From contig NW_024704768.1 in assembly GCF_018977255.1 (NCBI RefSeq), forward strand, positions 248,001 to 312,000: 64,000 nt of DNA, read 5' to 3'. The number at the start of each line of letters is the position of its first letter. Positions within the stretch are counted from its first letter, which is position 1. The translations under genes were made by a program, and so were the position numbers. Positions 37,560 through 51,219 of the stretch are shown piece after piece. The DNA comes from Callorhinchus milii (lineage: Eukaryota). The notes beneath the pieces were generated by a model. The model was not told the DNA's origin. It saw nothing but the letters and a program-made list of their open reading frames with translations, and ran no database searches.

Positions 37560-40500
37560 TGTAGTGGGGGGATATATAAACAGATATCAGAGAACAATGT
37601 AGCAAAAGCAATGTGGTTGTAATGGGAGATTTTAATTTTCATATAGACTGAGAGAAGCAGAATAGCTCCAGTAGTAAAGGCAGTGAGTGGCTAGAATGTA
37701 TTCAGGACAGTTTTCTGGAACAATATGTCTTAGAACCGACAAGGATATAAGTCATTCTAGATTTGGTGATGAGTAACAAACCAGAATTAGTTAATAATCT
37801 GATGATAAGGGAACATCTTGCAAATAGTGACCATAATATGATTGAATTTGATATAAAGTTTGAGATGGAGAGTCGCAAACCAAGATGGTAAATTTAAGCA
37901 AGGCAAACTTCAAAGGGATGAAAATCAATTAACTGTTAATGGGTAAACCCACAGACACACAGTCTGAAGTATCCAAAGAAGAATTTGGTACAAAACAAAA
38001 CCAGGCCATCCCCTAAACACAAAAGCTCCACTTGTGGAGTTCAACAAACACGGTCGACAAATGATGTGAGAGACAGCAACAAACTGAAAGAAAAAGCTGA
38101 CACTAATGCAAGAAAAGTAGAAATCCAGTGGCCTGGGAGTCTTATGAAAAGCAACACAGAGACACAAAGAAAGTAGTAAGAGATGCAAAAAGGGAATATG
38201 AAAAAAGCTGGCAATGGATATCAAGGGCAACAGTAAAGGTTTTATAAATATATTAAGAGAAAGAGAATGGTGAAGGGGAATGTGGGCCCGTTAAAGACCG
38301 ATGCAGGTGAGACTATAATGGACAACAAGGAAATGGAGGCTTGTTGAGTGAATACTTTGCTTCCGTTTTCACAGTTGAGGAAGAGGACAAGATTCCAGCG
38401 GTACAAGGGAACCTAAAATAAACCAAAAAGAACTAAATCGATTTAATATAAATAAAAAAATGGTAATGGAGAAAATAAAGGGACTAAAGATTGACAAATC
38501 TCCAGATCCTGGTGGATTCCACTCCAGGGGATTACAAGAAATTGGGGAGGGAATTGCAGATGTGTTAGTCATAATTTTCCAAAGCTCTATATTCAGGAAT
38601 TGTGCCCTCGGATTGGAGAATTGCATTTAAGAAGTGAGGGAGAGAGAAACCAGGTAACTACAGACCTGTCAGCTTAACCTCAGCTGTGGGGACATTACTG
38701 GAATCTCTCATCAGGGACAGAGTAACTGAGCACTTGGACAAATATGAGCTAATCAAAGAATCAGTGAGGATTTGTGAAGGTCATGATAAATCTAATTGAA
38801 TTTTTTGAGGAGATCACTAACATGGTGGATAAGAGAGTGTCTGTGGATGTCGTTTACATGGACTTCCAGAGGCATTTGATAAGGTTCCACAAAAGAGGTT
38901 ATTAGCAAAAATAAAATTGCATGAAATCAGAGTTAACTTTGTAAAGTGGCAGATAATTGGTTGGGAGGCAGGAAACAGAGAGGAGGGAGAAAAGTAAGTT
39001 TCTCTGATTGGTGGGATGTGACAAGTGGTGTCCCACGGGGGTCTACTTTTCACCATATATATATATATAAACGACTTGGATGAAGGAATAGAGAGTTTTA
39101 TATTAAAATTGGCAGATGACACAAAGTTAGGAGGCACAGAAAATTGTGTAGATGGGACTGATACAAAGGGACGTAGATAGATTAAATGAGTGGGCAAAAC
39201 TGTGGCAGATGGAATTCAAGGTGGGGAAGTGTGAGGTCATCCATTATAGATCTGAAAATAACAAAACAGAATATTTTCTAAATGGTGAGGAATTAGGAAC
39301 TGTGGAGGAGCAAAGGGATTTGGGTGTCCACGTCCACAAATCACTAAAAACTAATTCACAGTCACAAAAAGTCATCAAAAAGGCTAATGGGATGTTGGCC
39401 TTTATCTCAATGGGGCTGGAATATAAAGGAGAGGAAATGATGCTTCAACGATACAGAGTCTTGGTCAGACCCCATCTGGAGTCTGCGTTCAGTTTTGGGC
39501 CCCACACCTCAGGAAGAATATATTGGCTCTGGAGGGGGAGCAGCGCAGGGTCACCAGAATGATACCAGGGCTTAAAGGGTTGAATTATGAGGAGTGTTTG
39601 CATAAACTTTCTATTGCCTTGTGTTAGAGTACCGGATTCGTTTGCAACCGAGTCTGCACCCAGGAAATAAGTTCAATCTTGGCAAACCAAAATGGCGGAT
39701 TTTAACAGTTTATTAAGCATACAAATAATGTTGGTTATACAGAATTAATGCAATATAAAATAACAGAGCAATACTACCAGTCCTTCTGCAGTCTGCCCTA
39801 GAGAGATCTCTAAAGACCACGCCCTTTGCCCAAGCTTATATATCTTTTAATTTCTTTGTCTGCCTTATTTGGGCTGTTTCTCACTATTCTAGTGCTCAAT
39901 CAGAACACTTTCTTATCTAAAAGTACAGAAAGAGGAGGCCAATCGGGGCATACAACTCCTTCTGGTTTAAACCAGTTTGTCTGGCATTTGGCCATCTTGG
40001 AGTTAACCTCTGGTAACCTTCTGCCGACCGCTGCAGTTTGTGTTACTTGTAAGACATATATACATTCTAATAGTCACCACCTTGAGACCAAAATAATGAT
40101 AATAATGAGGTCTCACAAATACACCAAGAAAAATAAAGCAAATAAAAAAACAACATGAAGACACAATCATTGTAAATAACATTATGGCTTCGGCAATCAT
40201 AAAAGGATGAGATATGAGTAATAAAGTTCAATGCAATTAATTAATCAGATTGGTACAGTGGCTGTGATTAGGAATCGACTTGTTAACGTGGTTCGATCAA
40301 TGTTGATTGTAGAATATCTCTTCTTAAGATCGGTTAGACTTGTCTTCTTCGTTCCCAAACTTAGATCTTTTTTGTCACGTCACCAAGTCAGCAGCGAGAC
40401 CTTCAACAGCTTGTTTTTACCATTCACTGTAGGGTTAAAAACGTATCCTTCAAGGTCGGTATACTCCTTTTATTCTTGGCAATATGTTACCAATGTCCTT

Positions 40501-41410
40501 GAGAGTTCATAGAATCAGTTCTATTTGAGCAAAACAAGTCCATGAGTCTTTGCGATATCCTTTTTGGTCAACTTAAGACAAACCAGAATTCTGGGTTTGC
40601 AAAATGTCCAGTCCCCACCTCGAGTGGGTCAAGCTGACAACACAGCCCAATATCACCGTCATAATCTTCACGATTCCCTTTTACCTCAGCCGCCACATCA
40701 ATCCTTTCAACTACTATTAGCATCTGTAATTACAGCACTTCATTATCAATAATATCATGATTAACAAACAGTATGGTCACAGAAATTTGAAATATTATTT
40801 CAGTGGATGTTCTCTCTATCCTTGCCCGCTGGCTTTGAGCATTACTGAAATACTGGAACAGACAAAGTAAATGTTACATAAAATAAATCAGAACAATGAC
40901 AACAACAACATGATTGCATTTATAGAGCGCCTTTCACGTCGGGAGGACGTCCCAAGGTGCTGGACAGTTGGGTCCGGACCCGAACAGGGGGGAATTGGTC
41001 AGGGGAGGGGAGGGAGCGAGGAGGGGGGAGAGTCGAGAGGGGAGGTGAAGGCACGGTTGAAGAGAAAGGTCTTGAGACCGGCCTTGAAGCAGGAAAGGGA
41101 AGGGCACTGGGGGATAGAGTTCCAGAGCCTCGGGGCTGAGAGGCTGAAAGCCCGGCCACCGCCACGGCAGTTAGGTAGTTTTTCACCCAAAGGGTGGTGG
41201 AAATTTGGAACTCTCTCCCTCAAAAAGCTGTGGATGTGGATCCATTCACATTTTCAAGATGGAGGTAGATAAATATTTGTTAGGTCAGAGTATTAAGGGA
41301 TATGGGGCAAGGGCGGGTAACTGGACTTGAGGCATAGATCAACAACGATCATATAAAATGGCGGAACAGACTCAAGCGGCAAATAGCCTACTCCTGTTTC
41401 TATGTCTATG
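37560..41410 (+). mobile_element. Degenerate CR1 LINE ORF2 interrupted at ~39621 by an unclassified insert and an L2 fragment
   Basis: Endonuclease end (VVMGDFNF), KSPDPGG, LADDTKLGG, WQMEFKVGKCEVIH; 3' end resumes ~41168. Confidence 0.88.
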
Positions 41411-42498
41411 TAGAGTCTGTGTATAATAGACTCTACTCTGACACTAAGTCCTTGGAATGGACAGGAATTGGATGTGTGTGTGAGTGTGTGGGGGGTGGGG
41501 GGGTGGGGGAAGAGAAACATACTGTGTCGTAGACTTTAACAATGGGAAAGTGACTCACACTAAAAAAAAATCTAAATTATAAATCATTTTATTTATATTG
41601 AAAACTAATAAATAATCAGGTATAAAAAAAATAGTTACATAATCCGCTATATAAAAAAACACTTTTTAGTGTGAGTGTGAATCCTGGATTTGATGGTTTG
41701 ATGTTCAGAATTCCTGGCCCCAGAATTCACATTAACAGCCGAATGGAAAGGCAGCGATGAAAAAAAAGTCAGATTCCAAAGGTAATTAAACACTGGGATC
41801 TCAACTTGGAGAAAGAGAACTGTGCATTCACAGGATCTGTATAACACTACACCACCAGCAACTCTCCGCTCAATGACAACTGCACTGCACATTGAGGCTT
41901 TGGCTGCAGAGTTCAAGACACGTCCCTATCTGAAAGTCTCATTGATGAGTCAGTCAGTGTCAGGAAACCAATATCTGATTTACTACAGAGATGTCTGGAT
42001 TTGCCAGGTTCGTCTGCTAAGTCAGCTCATCTCAGGATGTCGCTGTTTAGAAGCGGTAATTCTTTTATCCATCTCTAAAAGTTCCTATGGGACCTTGAGG
42101 ATCTAAGTGCTGAACTGACAAACATTTGGTCAGATTTCCAGCTAGACTTCGATGAAGAGAGATTCTTCTACAATTAACCGTCTATTTCCCATTGAATGAA
42201 TGAATGAATCCCCATTTTTTATACATTCATCTTAAACATTACATTTTTGAAGATAGATACTGGATCATCTCCAGCCTCTGATCTCAGGTCAGGTTACTGA
42301 ACCAACAACAACAGCAACTTTCACTTATATAGCGCCCTCCACGCAGGGCAGCGTCTCAGAGCATTTAACAGTGGTGGAGCCTGACTCTGAGCCGGGGGGA
42401 GTGGGGGAGGTAGTTGTAACCAAAGGGTTTCTGCAGAAATAGAGCAGGTCCAAGAGCTTTCTTGCCATCAGAAGGCTGCGAAAACTTGGGGTGCACGA

Positions 42499-42612
42499 TC
42501 ATCGGTCAATAAACTGCAGGTTAATGTCCGTCGCTGGCACCAGAAGTGTTCTTGTCATTGGCTTCACCACCGTGTCCTTGAACTCTGGCCTCACCTCAAA
42601 ATGGGTTAGAAT
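42499..42612 (-). CDS. CYP27B1: CYP27B1 exon 9
   Basis: ILTHFEVRPE...PMTRTLLVPATDINLQFIDR-TGA; total 1524 nt = 507 aa; AATAAA on minus strand ~41590. Confidence 0.95.
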   Translation of the reverse strand: MLTHFEVRPEFKDTVVKPMTRTLLVPATDINLQFIDR

Positions 42613-43380
42613 CTGAGAGAAAAGATGAGAGTATGAAATCCATGCCGTCAGAGGGCCCCAAGCCAGCAAAACCTTGCGCAAAGCTGGAAATCTGAATGTA
42701 ACACACACAGTAGAAGTCAATCCAATGAAAAACAGAAAGACTGGCTTCTCCGATGCCTCAGTGAGTTTAATCAATGAGCAGCACAGACTTAGCCTCAGCC
42801 TTAGTCTCTACAATGCCTCAGCCCCCATTGTGTTGCTCTCCCCACTCTATAATCCCCCGCCATCTCCTGTGATATTCCCATTCATGCACATGGCTTTTGC
42901 TATATAGCTAACATATGTAGCCAATGTGTAACTCTAGCCAACCTTCAGGAGAGGCCAAGAAACCACAGAAGGAGAAAAGGGCCAAGAGAGATTCACACCC
43001 TATTCAATATTTCCACCATTGTGATTACAAGTTATACAACAACAAGATTCTATTTATAGAGCGCCTTTCACGTCGGGAGGACGTCCCAAAGTGCTGTACA
43101 GTTGGGTCAGGACCCGAGCATTGGGGGGAAATGGTCAGGGTGAGGGGAGGGAAGGGAGGGAGGGAGCGAGCGAGGAGGGAGTAGAGAGTCGAGACGGGAG
43201 CTGAAGGCACGGTCAACGTTATATTAATGTAAATTGTTGTTTTTGTTGTTGCTCAGGATCATAAAACAAATTCAACGTGGCACCATGTTTTGAAAATTTT
43301 TGAAAATTTATCTCAGCAAATATAAGGGTTTTGCCCCAATCCACAGCCCCAATCCCCTGTGCTGCACTCAACACAGGATT

Positions 43381-43502
43381 TCATAGAATCGTAAAATTAT
43401 ACAGCACAGAAAGAAGCCATTCGGCCCATCGTGTCTGTGCTGACACAGACACGATGGGCTGAATGGCTTCTTTCTGTGCTGTATAATTCTATGATTCTAT
43501 GA
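43381..43502. repeat. Near-perfect 59-bp inverted repeat of the CR1 terminal segment
   Basis: Arms 43381-43439 and 43444-43502; 3 mismatches; 4-nt loop. Confidence 0.92.
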
Positions 43503-43519
43503 TGATTCTAAACTGCAAA

Positions 43520-44380
43520 CTACCTTCATCCACCCTCTCTGTTACTTCATCAAAAAATTCTATCAGGTTTGTTAGACACAATTTACTTTTAACAATTCCA
43601 TGTTGGCTGTCCTTTATTAGCCCATATCTTTCTAAGTGAAAATTTATTTTGTCCTGGATAATAGTCTCTAGACGTTTCCCCATTATTGATGTTTGGTCTG
43701 TAGTTCCCAGGTTTATCCTTCTGCCCCTTTTTGTACAGGGGAGTAACATTTGCAGCCCTCCAGTCCTCTGGCACCACCCTGCTATTTATAATAATAATAA
43801 TCCTTGCATTTGATATAGCGCTTTTCATGTCTTCTAGTCGTCCCAAAGCGCTTCACAGAATATACTGAAAAGTGAATTGACTGTTTATTTGTGGGCGAAC
43901 GCGGCAGCCAATTGCACACAGCAATGTCCCACAAACAGTCGTGGATTGAAAATGACCAATTTATATTATTGTTTTTTTTGGAGGGATTATTATTAGGCTC
44001 TGTGTGGAGTAAGGAAACTTGCCCGAGGTTTCGCCCAGCCTCCCTTACTTCGCTCATTAACCTAGGATGCATGCCCATCCGGATCTCTGCCTTGAGCACC
44101 TTTTTAGTACCTTCTCTCTGTTTATTCTTATCTTATCCAATTGCTCTCCCCTCTCCTCCGATACTGTGGCATTGGCTGCATCCTCTTCTTTTGTGAAGAA
44201 AGACGCAAAGTCCTCATTCAGTACGTCAGCCGTGCCCTCTGCCTCCACAAGAAGATTTCCCTCTTGGTCTTTAATTGGACCCACCCTGCCTTTGACTAAG
44301 CTTTTATTCTTTATATGCTTATAAAATACCTTAGGGTTCCCTTTAATGTTACCCACTAATCTTTTCTCATACAATCTAAT
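43520..44380 (-). mobile_element. CR1 fragment with a nested young SINE (43788-44037)
   Basis: VPEDWRAANVTPLYKKG..DKPGNYRP, IKGNPKVFYKHIK; SINE inserted inside. Confidence 0.88.
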
Positions 44381-44747
44381 CTCTTTGCTCATCATAGGTC
44401 ATCATTGTTTTGCATTTCCACGTCCAGAGAGCAGGAGCCCGTTTACCGGGGGTAATAATACATAGAATTATAGAATCGTACAGCACAAAACAAGGCCATC
44501 GAGTCTGTGCCGGCTCTTTGAATAGAGCGATGTAATATCAATCCCACTCCCCAGCCCTTTCCCCATAACCTGCATTATCTCGCATTTCTCCACATCAAAA
44601 TTCATCTGCAATGTGTCTACCCATTTTACCATTCTGTCTATGTCCTTCACAAAAAATAATAATAATTTGGTGTCTTCATTCTACCACTGTTTGTGGGACG
44701 CTGCTGTGTGCAATTGGCTGCTGCATTTCTCCCAGAGCTCAACTTAC

Positions 44748-44945
44748 TCTGGCCACAGCAAGGTAAACTTCCAGCTCCGCAATCCGCTTTCCAATGCAGC
44801 TCCTCTTGCCGAAGCCAAATGGAATGGAGGCGTAGGGGTGAATGGACTGGTGCTTGTTGAGCCAGCGCGCTGGCTGGAAGCTGTTTGGGTCAGGGAAGAC
44901 ATTCTCGTCTCGGGAGGTTGCGTAGTGACACAGAGTGATCAGAGT
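44748..44945 (-). CDS. CYP27B1: CYP27B1 exon 8 (heme-binding Cys)
   Basis: [13 protein letters not shown]...[18 protein letters not shown]; FxxGxRxCxG; 198 nt. Confidence 0.96.
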
Positions 44946-45613
44946 CTGTGTGGGGGGAGAGGAGAACAACTCTGTTGGTAAAATTCCCCCTCGTTAACAT
45001 GTTGCTGCTTCAACCCTAAACGTCCAGAATGGAAATCTCCCAACACAAGCACACATCATCAAAGGCTTCCGCTCATTGGGAAGCGGAATAACTTGTCCAG
45101 ACTGAGTGATATCACCAAGAAACTCAGCTATGCTCAACTACTGCAGGTTAGTCACTTATAAGGAAATTAGATTGAAGTGTTTCTGAGACGCTGCCCTGTG
45201 TGGAGGGCGCTATATAAGTGCAAGTTGTAGTTGCAAGTTGTTGTTATAGATAGGTTTGAAAAGGAAAAAATTGCAGTGTTAGTGGGACTGATTGGGTAGG
45301 TCTTCCAAAGAGCGGGCACAGACACGATGGGCCAAATAGCCTCCTTCTGTGCTGTAATATTCTATGATAAGCAACTGCAACCGTAGAATAAACCAAGCTG
45401 TGGTTACTCCGTAAAGAGCTAGTTGGGTCACTTGTCACTTGTTAGTGAGACCAAACTGGGCTCAGACACGGGAACGATGGCCCAAAGGTTTACCCTGTTG
45501 TGAACCGACACTGCACTGGAGACTGGGAAAGAATTGGCAAATATCTTAAAAGAATGCGGCAAACAAATTCAAACTCTTCCAAAAGCAGATTTTATGAGTC
45601 CTGCGGTCCTTAC

Positions 45614-45695
45614 TTTTTGGGGAATGATGTATTCTCCAACTTGGATATCTCTGTCTGGAATAACACGGGCGTTACCTGGGATAACAGGGTAAAGC
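45614..45695 (-). CDS. CYP27B1: CYP27B1 exon 7
   Basis: [27 protein letters not shown]; 82 nt. Confidence 0.94.
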
Positions 45696-46247
45696 CTGGA
45701 AAGGGGAGACATTTCACATTACATGTGCATTACAGTGAATTCCCTGTTGTTTGCGAGCAGCCCTCCTGTTACTATTGTATGACAACTTATTAGTTAGACC
45801 ATAACCGGCTGTATCAGATTAGTTGGGGAATATGAAGTTGAGCCTGGTGATGGCATTGCATTGTCTGGCATAAAGCTGTGTAATTCACAAAAAGTGAAAC
45901 GCTCAAATTCTGCTATTACTAGTAATCAGAGTAAGAGAGGCTCCACAGTGACAATAACATGCAAATCCAATAACTTGCGTAACATCACTTAAATTCACAT
46001 TTGGGCCAAATCCTTTCACAAAAAGACAATCCCGTTTTAATGAAATGTGACCATTCCTAGCAACTGAACTAAATATGTTGATTAGTGGCTGTAATCTCTC
46101 CCTTGCCAGACTCCTGAGTCTGCGTGTGTATGTGCATGTGTGCGTGCGTGCATGCATATGTGCGCGTTATGTGTGTGTGTGTGGGTTGCATGTACTAAAT
46201 AGAGACACATATTCCCCCTATTAGCACGGCTCACTTTCCAATCTTAC

Positions 46248-46414
46248 CTCAGTACTTCTTTCACAACTGCCTTCATGAGGGTCATTCTGGCCACATCGGC
46301 GTACGAGGGCATCAGCTTGTCTCCCAGAATGTCCTTTATTTCTCTGTGCAGAGTTGCCTGGATATCTGGGTGTCTGGACAACTCATACAAAGTCCATGAC
46401 ATTGTACTGGAAAT
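46248..46414 (-). CDS. CYP27B1: CYP27B1 exon 6
   Basis: ISSTMSWTLYELSRHPDIQ...KAVVKEVLR (ExxR motif); 167 nt. Confidence 0.95.
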
Positions 46415-46815
46415 CTACAGCAAATATACAGGAGGTCAGCATAAAGGACACATACCATGAGGGATGTTGCTCCACACACTCACACCACACTGTAATCAGT
46501 GCAGCATCAGGAGCCCACGTGGAGCTCCTCCACATGAATAAGTTATTGCCGGCCAGCTGGCACCCATGCAACCACACGTCACAAAGAGCCAATATATTCA
46601 GAGCAGGAGAAGAGCAAACGGGTTCAAAGACTCTTATTCATTCACTTCTCCCCAAAACGTACCAACAGTGTGGATTCTTTATAGTTCTCGTACATCAATT
46701 TGTGTGTGTCTATGTGTGTGTGTGTGTCTGTGGGGAGGGGCGGGGGGGGGGGGGGTGGGGGAGGTTCGGGCCGGCGTCCAGTCTTTGGGAATAGATGGAA
46801 AAATAACGGACTTAC

Positions 46816-46979
46816 GGTATCAACGCCGGCCAATAGTAGCTCTGTGACGTTGCCATAAATGGTCCGCATGCTGAGGTTCTGACACGACAGGAAATAGGTC
46901 AGGTATTTCCCCTCGATAGCTTTCCTTCTCGATAACTTCTCCTTAATCTCAGCCATCCTTCTGTCTATGTGTCCTTTAG
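46816..46979 (-). CDS. CYP27B1: CYP27B1 exon 5
   Basis: KGHIDRR...YGNVTELLLAGVDT (I-helix); 164 nt. Confidence 0.95.
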
Positions 46980-47641
46980 CTGAGAAAGTTATCATAAAAC
47001 ATGTCACTTTAGGAATAGGCTCGAAGGCAGCCTCACTTTCCTGATGCACAACAACACCCAAGGCTATCACAGGCTGGTAAGCACATCATTGTCACAATGC
47101 ACTGAACCATTGAATGAATGGTGGGTGGCTACACTCACAATTCCTCCCATGGTGAGCGACACAAGATAACAAGAGGTTTTTTTGGCCAGGAAGATCTTTT
47201 GGCCCAAAGAGGCCTTTTGTGACCCGGTGATAATATATTGTATTATTCTTAATACTATTATATAATAATAATGCTTGCAATTGATATAGCGCTTTTTGTG
47301 TTTTCTAGACGTCTCGAAGCGCTTGAGAGAATATACTGCAATGTGAATTGACTGTATATTTGTGGGGAAACACGGCAGCCAATTGCGCACAGCAGCGTCC
47401 CACAAACAGTCGTGAATTGAAGTGACCAATTTTTATCACTTTTTTCTTGAAGGATTATTATCAAGCGTGCAGAGTAAGGAAACTAGCCCAAGGTTTCGTC
47501 CTGCCGGGAATCGAACCCAGATCTCTCGCTTACTACACACAATTTTTCATATTTATAAAGATATACAAATAAAAGGTCTAATTCCAAAACACTGCTCAGT
47601 GCTAATCCCCTCACTAACAATGAACAAAACAACTGACTTAC

Positions 47642-47842
47642 CAAAAGCAAACATACAATCCCAGGATGCAGTGAATTTCTGCCAGGGTGCCGGGAAAATC
47701 TTGTGCAAGAACTTGGGCATCGCCATGGTCAAGAGTGTCATTTGAAACATGGTATTAATGGCCTGAATAAAGTCTTCTGTGTCTTTGGGGACATCAGCTT
47801 CGAGGCAGCCAATCCGTGTCTCGAAGAGCACTGAAGAGATAC
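47642..47842 (-). CDS. CYP27B1: CYP27B1 exon 4
   Basis: ISSVLFETRIGCLEADVP...SWDCMFAF; 201 nt. Confidence 0.95.
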
Positions 47843-48508
47843 CTGAGAGTGTGAAGATCAATTACTTAATGCCTCACAAATCACAGAATGTTAATTTGTG
47901 GCTGATCGGGTCAGTAAATCATCTCTTGTATTGCAAGTGTCACGCTGGACGAGGGAACCACTCTTCCCTTTACCCTTTGAGGTTGATAAAATGATCATCA
48001 TATCTCAAAATAAACTGCATGGAGACATGTCTAGTGAAGCCAGACATCTCTACAATAAATCAAGGGCATTGTTAGTGGTTGACCAGCACGACTGGATCAG
48101 TGATAAGATCTGGAGGTGCTGATGTGTTTTGAAGCCTTTGACCCAAAGCCCTGATGTAGACAAATACTTAGTAATACATATTAATATGAATTGTGTGGTT
48201 TCCATTCTGTGCCTTGACTCAGTGAACTGGGTGTGAATCCAGCCTGGAATGACTGAATGGAAGTCTCTTTTTTGCTGCTGAAAGACATCTGTAGATAAAA
48301 TTGGGATCTTTCTTATCTTTAGTGGCACATCCAAAACTCTGCCACTCTCTGCTGCTTTGCTGCAATCTTGGTGCAGTGGGAGAGTGATGTGCATGCAACA
48401 TTAACCGTAGCACACAACTCACTTTCAGTCAGGGGTAAGTTGTTTTACAGTGAATGTCTCCAGGAAATCACAGCTTGTTTTCCACTCTTTCTATGTCCCA
48501 GTACTCAC

Positions 48509-48705
48509 CCTCTAACCCGAATTTGTAGAACTCTCCCGCAACATCCTTAACCACCTTATTGTTACTTTTGCTCCGTTGGTTCCGGAGCCTCGCGATCAAG
48601 TCCGTGACAACTTGATTCAGGACATCGCTGTAGGCTGTCACTTCCTTTGGCTTCAGCATGTGCTGGGCCAGCATGCTGCGGATGCTCTGCCACTCCTCGC
48701 CTTCC
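48509..48705 (-). CDS. CYP27B1: CYP27B1 exon 3
   Basis: EGEEWQSIRSMLAQHMLKPK...VAGEFYKFGLEG; 197 nt. Confidence 0.95.
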
Positions 48706-50266
48706 CTGGAAGAAAGCGAAGCTGAAACCCAACAGCCATTTCCTAGCGTAAGCATTGTCAACTCTTACCATGACCAGGGGCCATTAATTTCGAGAGGGAA
48801 TCAAGACTGCAAACAACAAAATTAAAAATACATTAAAAATCAAGAGCCAGCCTTTGACTCTTGTTGAGCGCCTTGGGACGTCCTGCCAACGTGAAAGGCG
48901 CTACACAAATGTATAAATAATAATGGCCAATTGGGTGCGGCACCTACCAGGGTCCATGGGGGGTGACTGGGGCCTATGGTACTGTTAAAAAACAAGCAGT
49001 CAAACACCTGAGGACTAAAGTTTTGAAGAAATTCTTTTTAAGCTCCTGCAATTGCAGGTTTAAAATCTGGTTCAAGTATCTTTTTTTAAAAAAAGTTATT
49101 TCCTTTCTAACTAATCTAGCAGATTAATTATTTTCAGAAGTAAATTGGTGCTTGACTTTCTATTGAGGCTAATGTCATAATGCTTAAGTCATGGGTATCC
49201 TTTAATATGGAGCTGAATCAGAAGCGATTTGTCACTGCTTCGCAATCCTCTGATTAAAGGCTGATGAACTGACAAACTCACTCACTCAACCACACAAAAA
49301 AANCAAATACCTATACAGCACCTTTCATGTCGGGAGGACGTCCTAGGCACTGGACAGTCAGAAATTTGGACCCGAGCTGGGGATTGAATCAGGAGGAATG
49401 GAGGGGCAGGGCAGGGAGGGAAGGGGTAGGAGGGTGACCAAAGGTGTGGTCAAAGAGGAGGATGTTGAGATGTGCCTTCAAGGAGGCGAGAGAGGGACCA
49501 AAGCGAAGGGATTGTGGGATGGAATTCCAGAGGGCAGGGGCAGAGAGGCTGAAAGCCGATGGTCAGGGGGACGTGGAGCAGGCCAGAGCATACTGAGTGG
49601 AAGGAACGGCAGGTCAATATGGCGTCAGCAGATCACAGACATAGGAAGGAGCAAGACGTGGAGGGCTTTGAAGGTGAGGACGAGGATTTTGAACTTTACC
49701 CTCTAGGGGATGGAGAGCCAGTGGAGCCGAGCGAGGGTGGGGGTGAGGGGGTCACGGAGCCTGGTGCTGCAGCTTCAATCTGAAGCTGTGCAATACGAGA
49801 CGTGGAACTCCTGGCTGATGTTTTCACAGTGAAACCAAGATGCCTGGCAAAGCACCAAGGCAATGAAATCAATAATGTCTTCAAAGATATAGCAAGGCCT
49901 CTGGCGTGGCAAACAGGCAGCAATGGGTGTACAGATGTGACAAGGCTATCAGGATGAGGGGTCAGGCGCTCAGCCTCTGCTCTGCCACATCAGGGCTTAT
50001 GGCCCAAAGTCTCCCACCCCTCGAGCATGAGGCTGACATTTCACACGTTTGACTGGGGAGTGTTGCCCAGTCGACGGTTGGGAGTGATATTTCATGACAT
50101 GGCAAAGGATTGCAGGGAGAGTTTACATTCCCAGCAGCCTGGACCAGAAGTCAGCTGTGATCTATTGCTCTTTCCAGCGCCTTGGGACGTTCTCCCGATG
50201 TGAAAGGCGCTCTATAAATGTAATTTTGTTGTTGTTGTGTTGTTTTTTGGGGGGTGTCTTACTCAC

Positions 50267-50457
50267 GCTGTGAGGAGTCCACAGGCATGTCCTCTTTGCT
50301 GCCGGTAATCTTTCCACGATGATAAGTCGGATCGGACGGGATGTTTGCCCTCCTGTCGCAGCACTTGTTCTATCAGAGCAGCATCTGCGATGTGCACGGT
50401 GAGGATGGGTCCGAAGCTGGCCTTCCACACCGGGCCGTATTTCCTCTTTCCCTCCAG
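50267..50457 (-). CDS. CYP27B1: CYP27B1 exon 2
   Basis: LEGKRKYGPVWKASFGPILTVHIADAALIEQVLRQEGKHPVR...GLLTA; 191 nt. Confidence 0.95.
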
Positions 50458-51219
50458 CTAGTAAAACAGTTTATGGTTACAGCTTAACTTAGCTCTTCTG
50501 AGGTCTGACATTCCACTTAGTCTTAGCTGGTAAGGCCATTTTGTGGTAAAAATGCCAATATTGTGAAAAATACTTAAATTTGGTCTCAATTTGAAGATAC
50601 TCTTTTTTAAAAAGACCAACTCTCGAATTAAGACTGAATGTAAGAAAGATCGTGCCTCTTCCTCTCTTAATTTCATGGGACCAGATATATAATATAATAA
50701 TAATCCTTGCATTTGATTTACAACAACAGCAACAAGATTTCATCTATAAAGAGTGCGTTTCACGTCGGGAGGACGATGAGGATTTAGAGCGTTATCAAGT
50801 TGTTGAGACGTCTCAAAGCGTAACACATAATATACCGTAAACTGACTGTGTATTTTGTGGGTAAAACGTATCAAAACAAACATCCACATTTTAATTTACA
50901 AATTTTAACTTATACAACAGACACCAATAAAACAGAATCCTTATGGTAATACCACATCTTGAAAGCTTTGATTCAATAAATTAGAGAAAAAACTGCAGTG
51001 ATTTCCTTAAAGTGCTGAAAAAGGGGAAACTTTTTGTGATGGTGTTTGTTGCTGAAGCAATTATAGTATTTACAGATACAGCAGCAGATCCACTGCTCGT
51101 CCCTCAGGACTGCGGTACTTTCCTCAGTAAAGACACAATACACATTGACAGTTATGTAGTGCCTTTCACGTCGGGAGAAGGTTTGAAAGCGCTTCAGGAA
51201 AGGGCTCCGTCAGTCGCAC

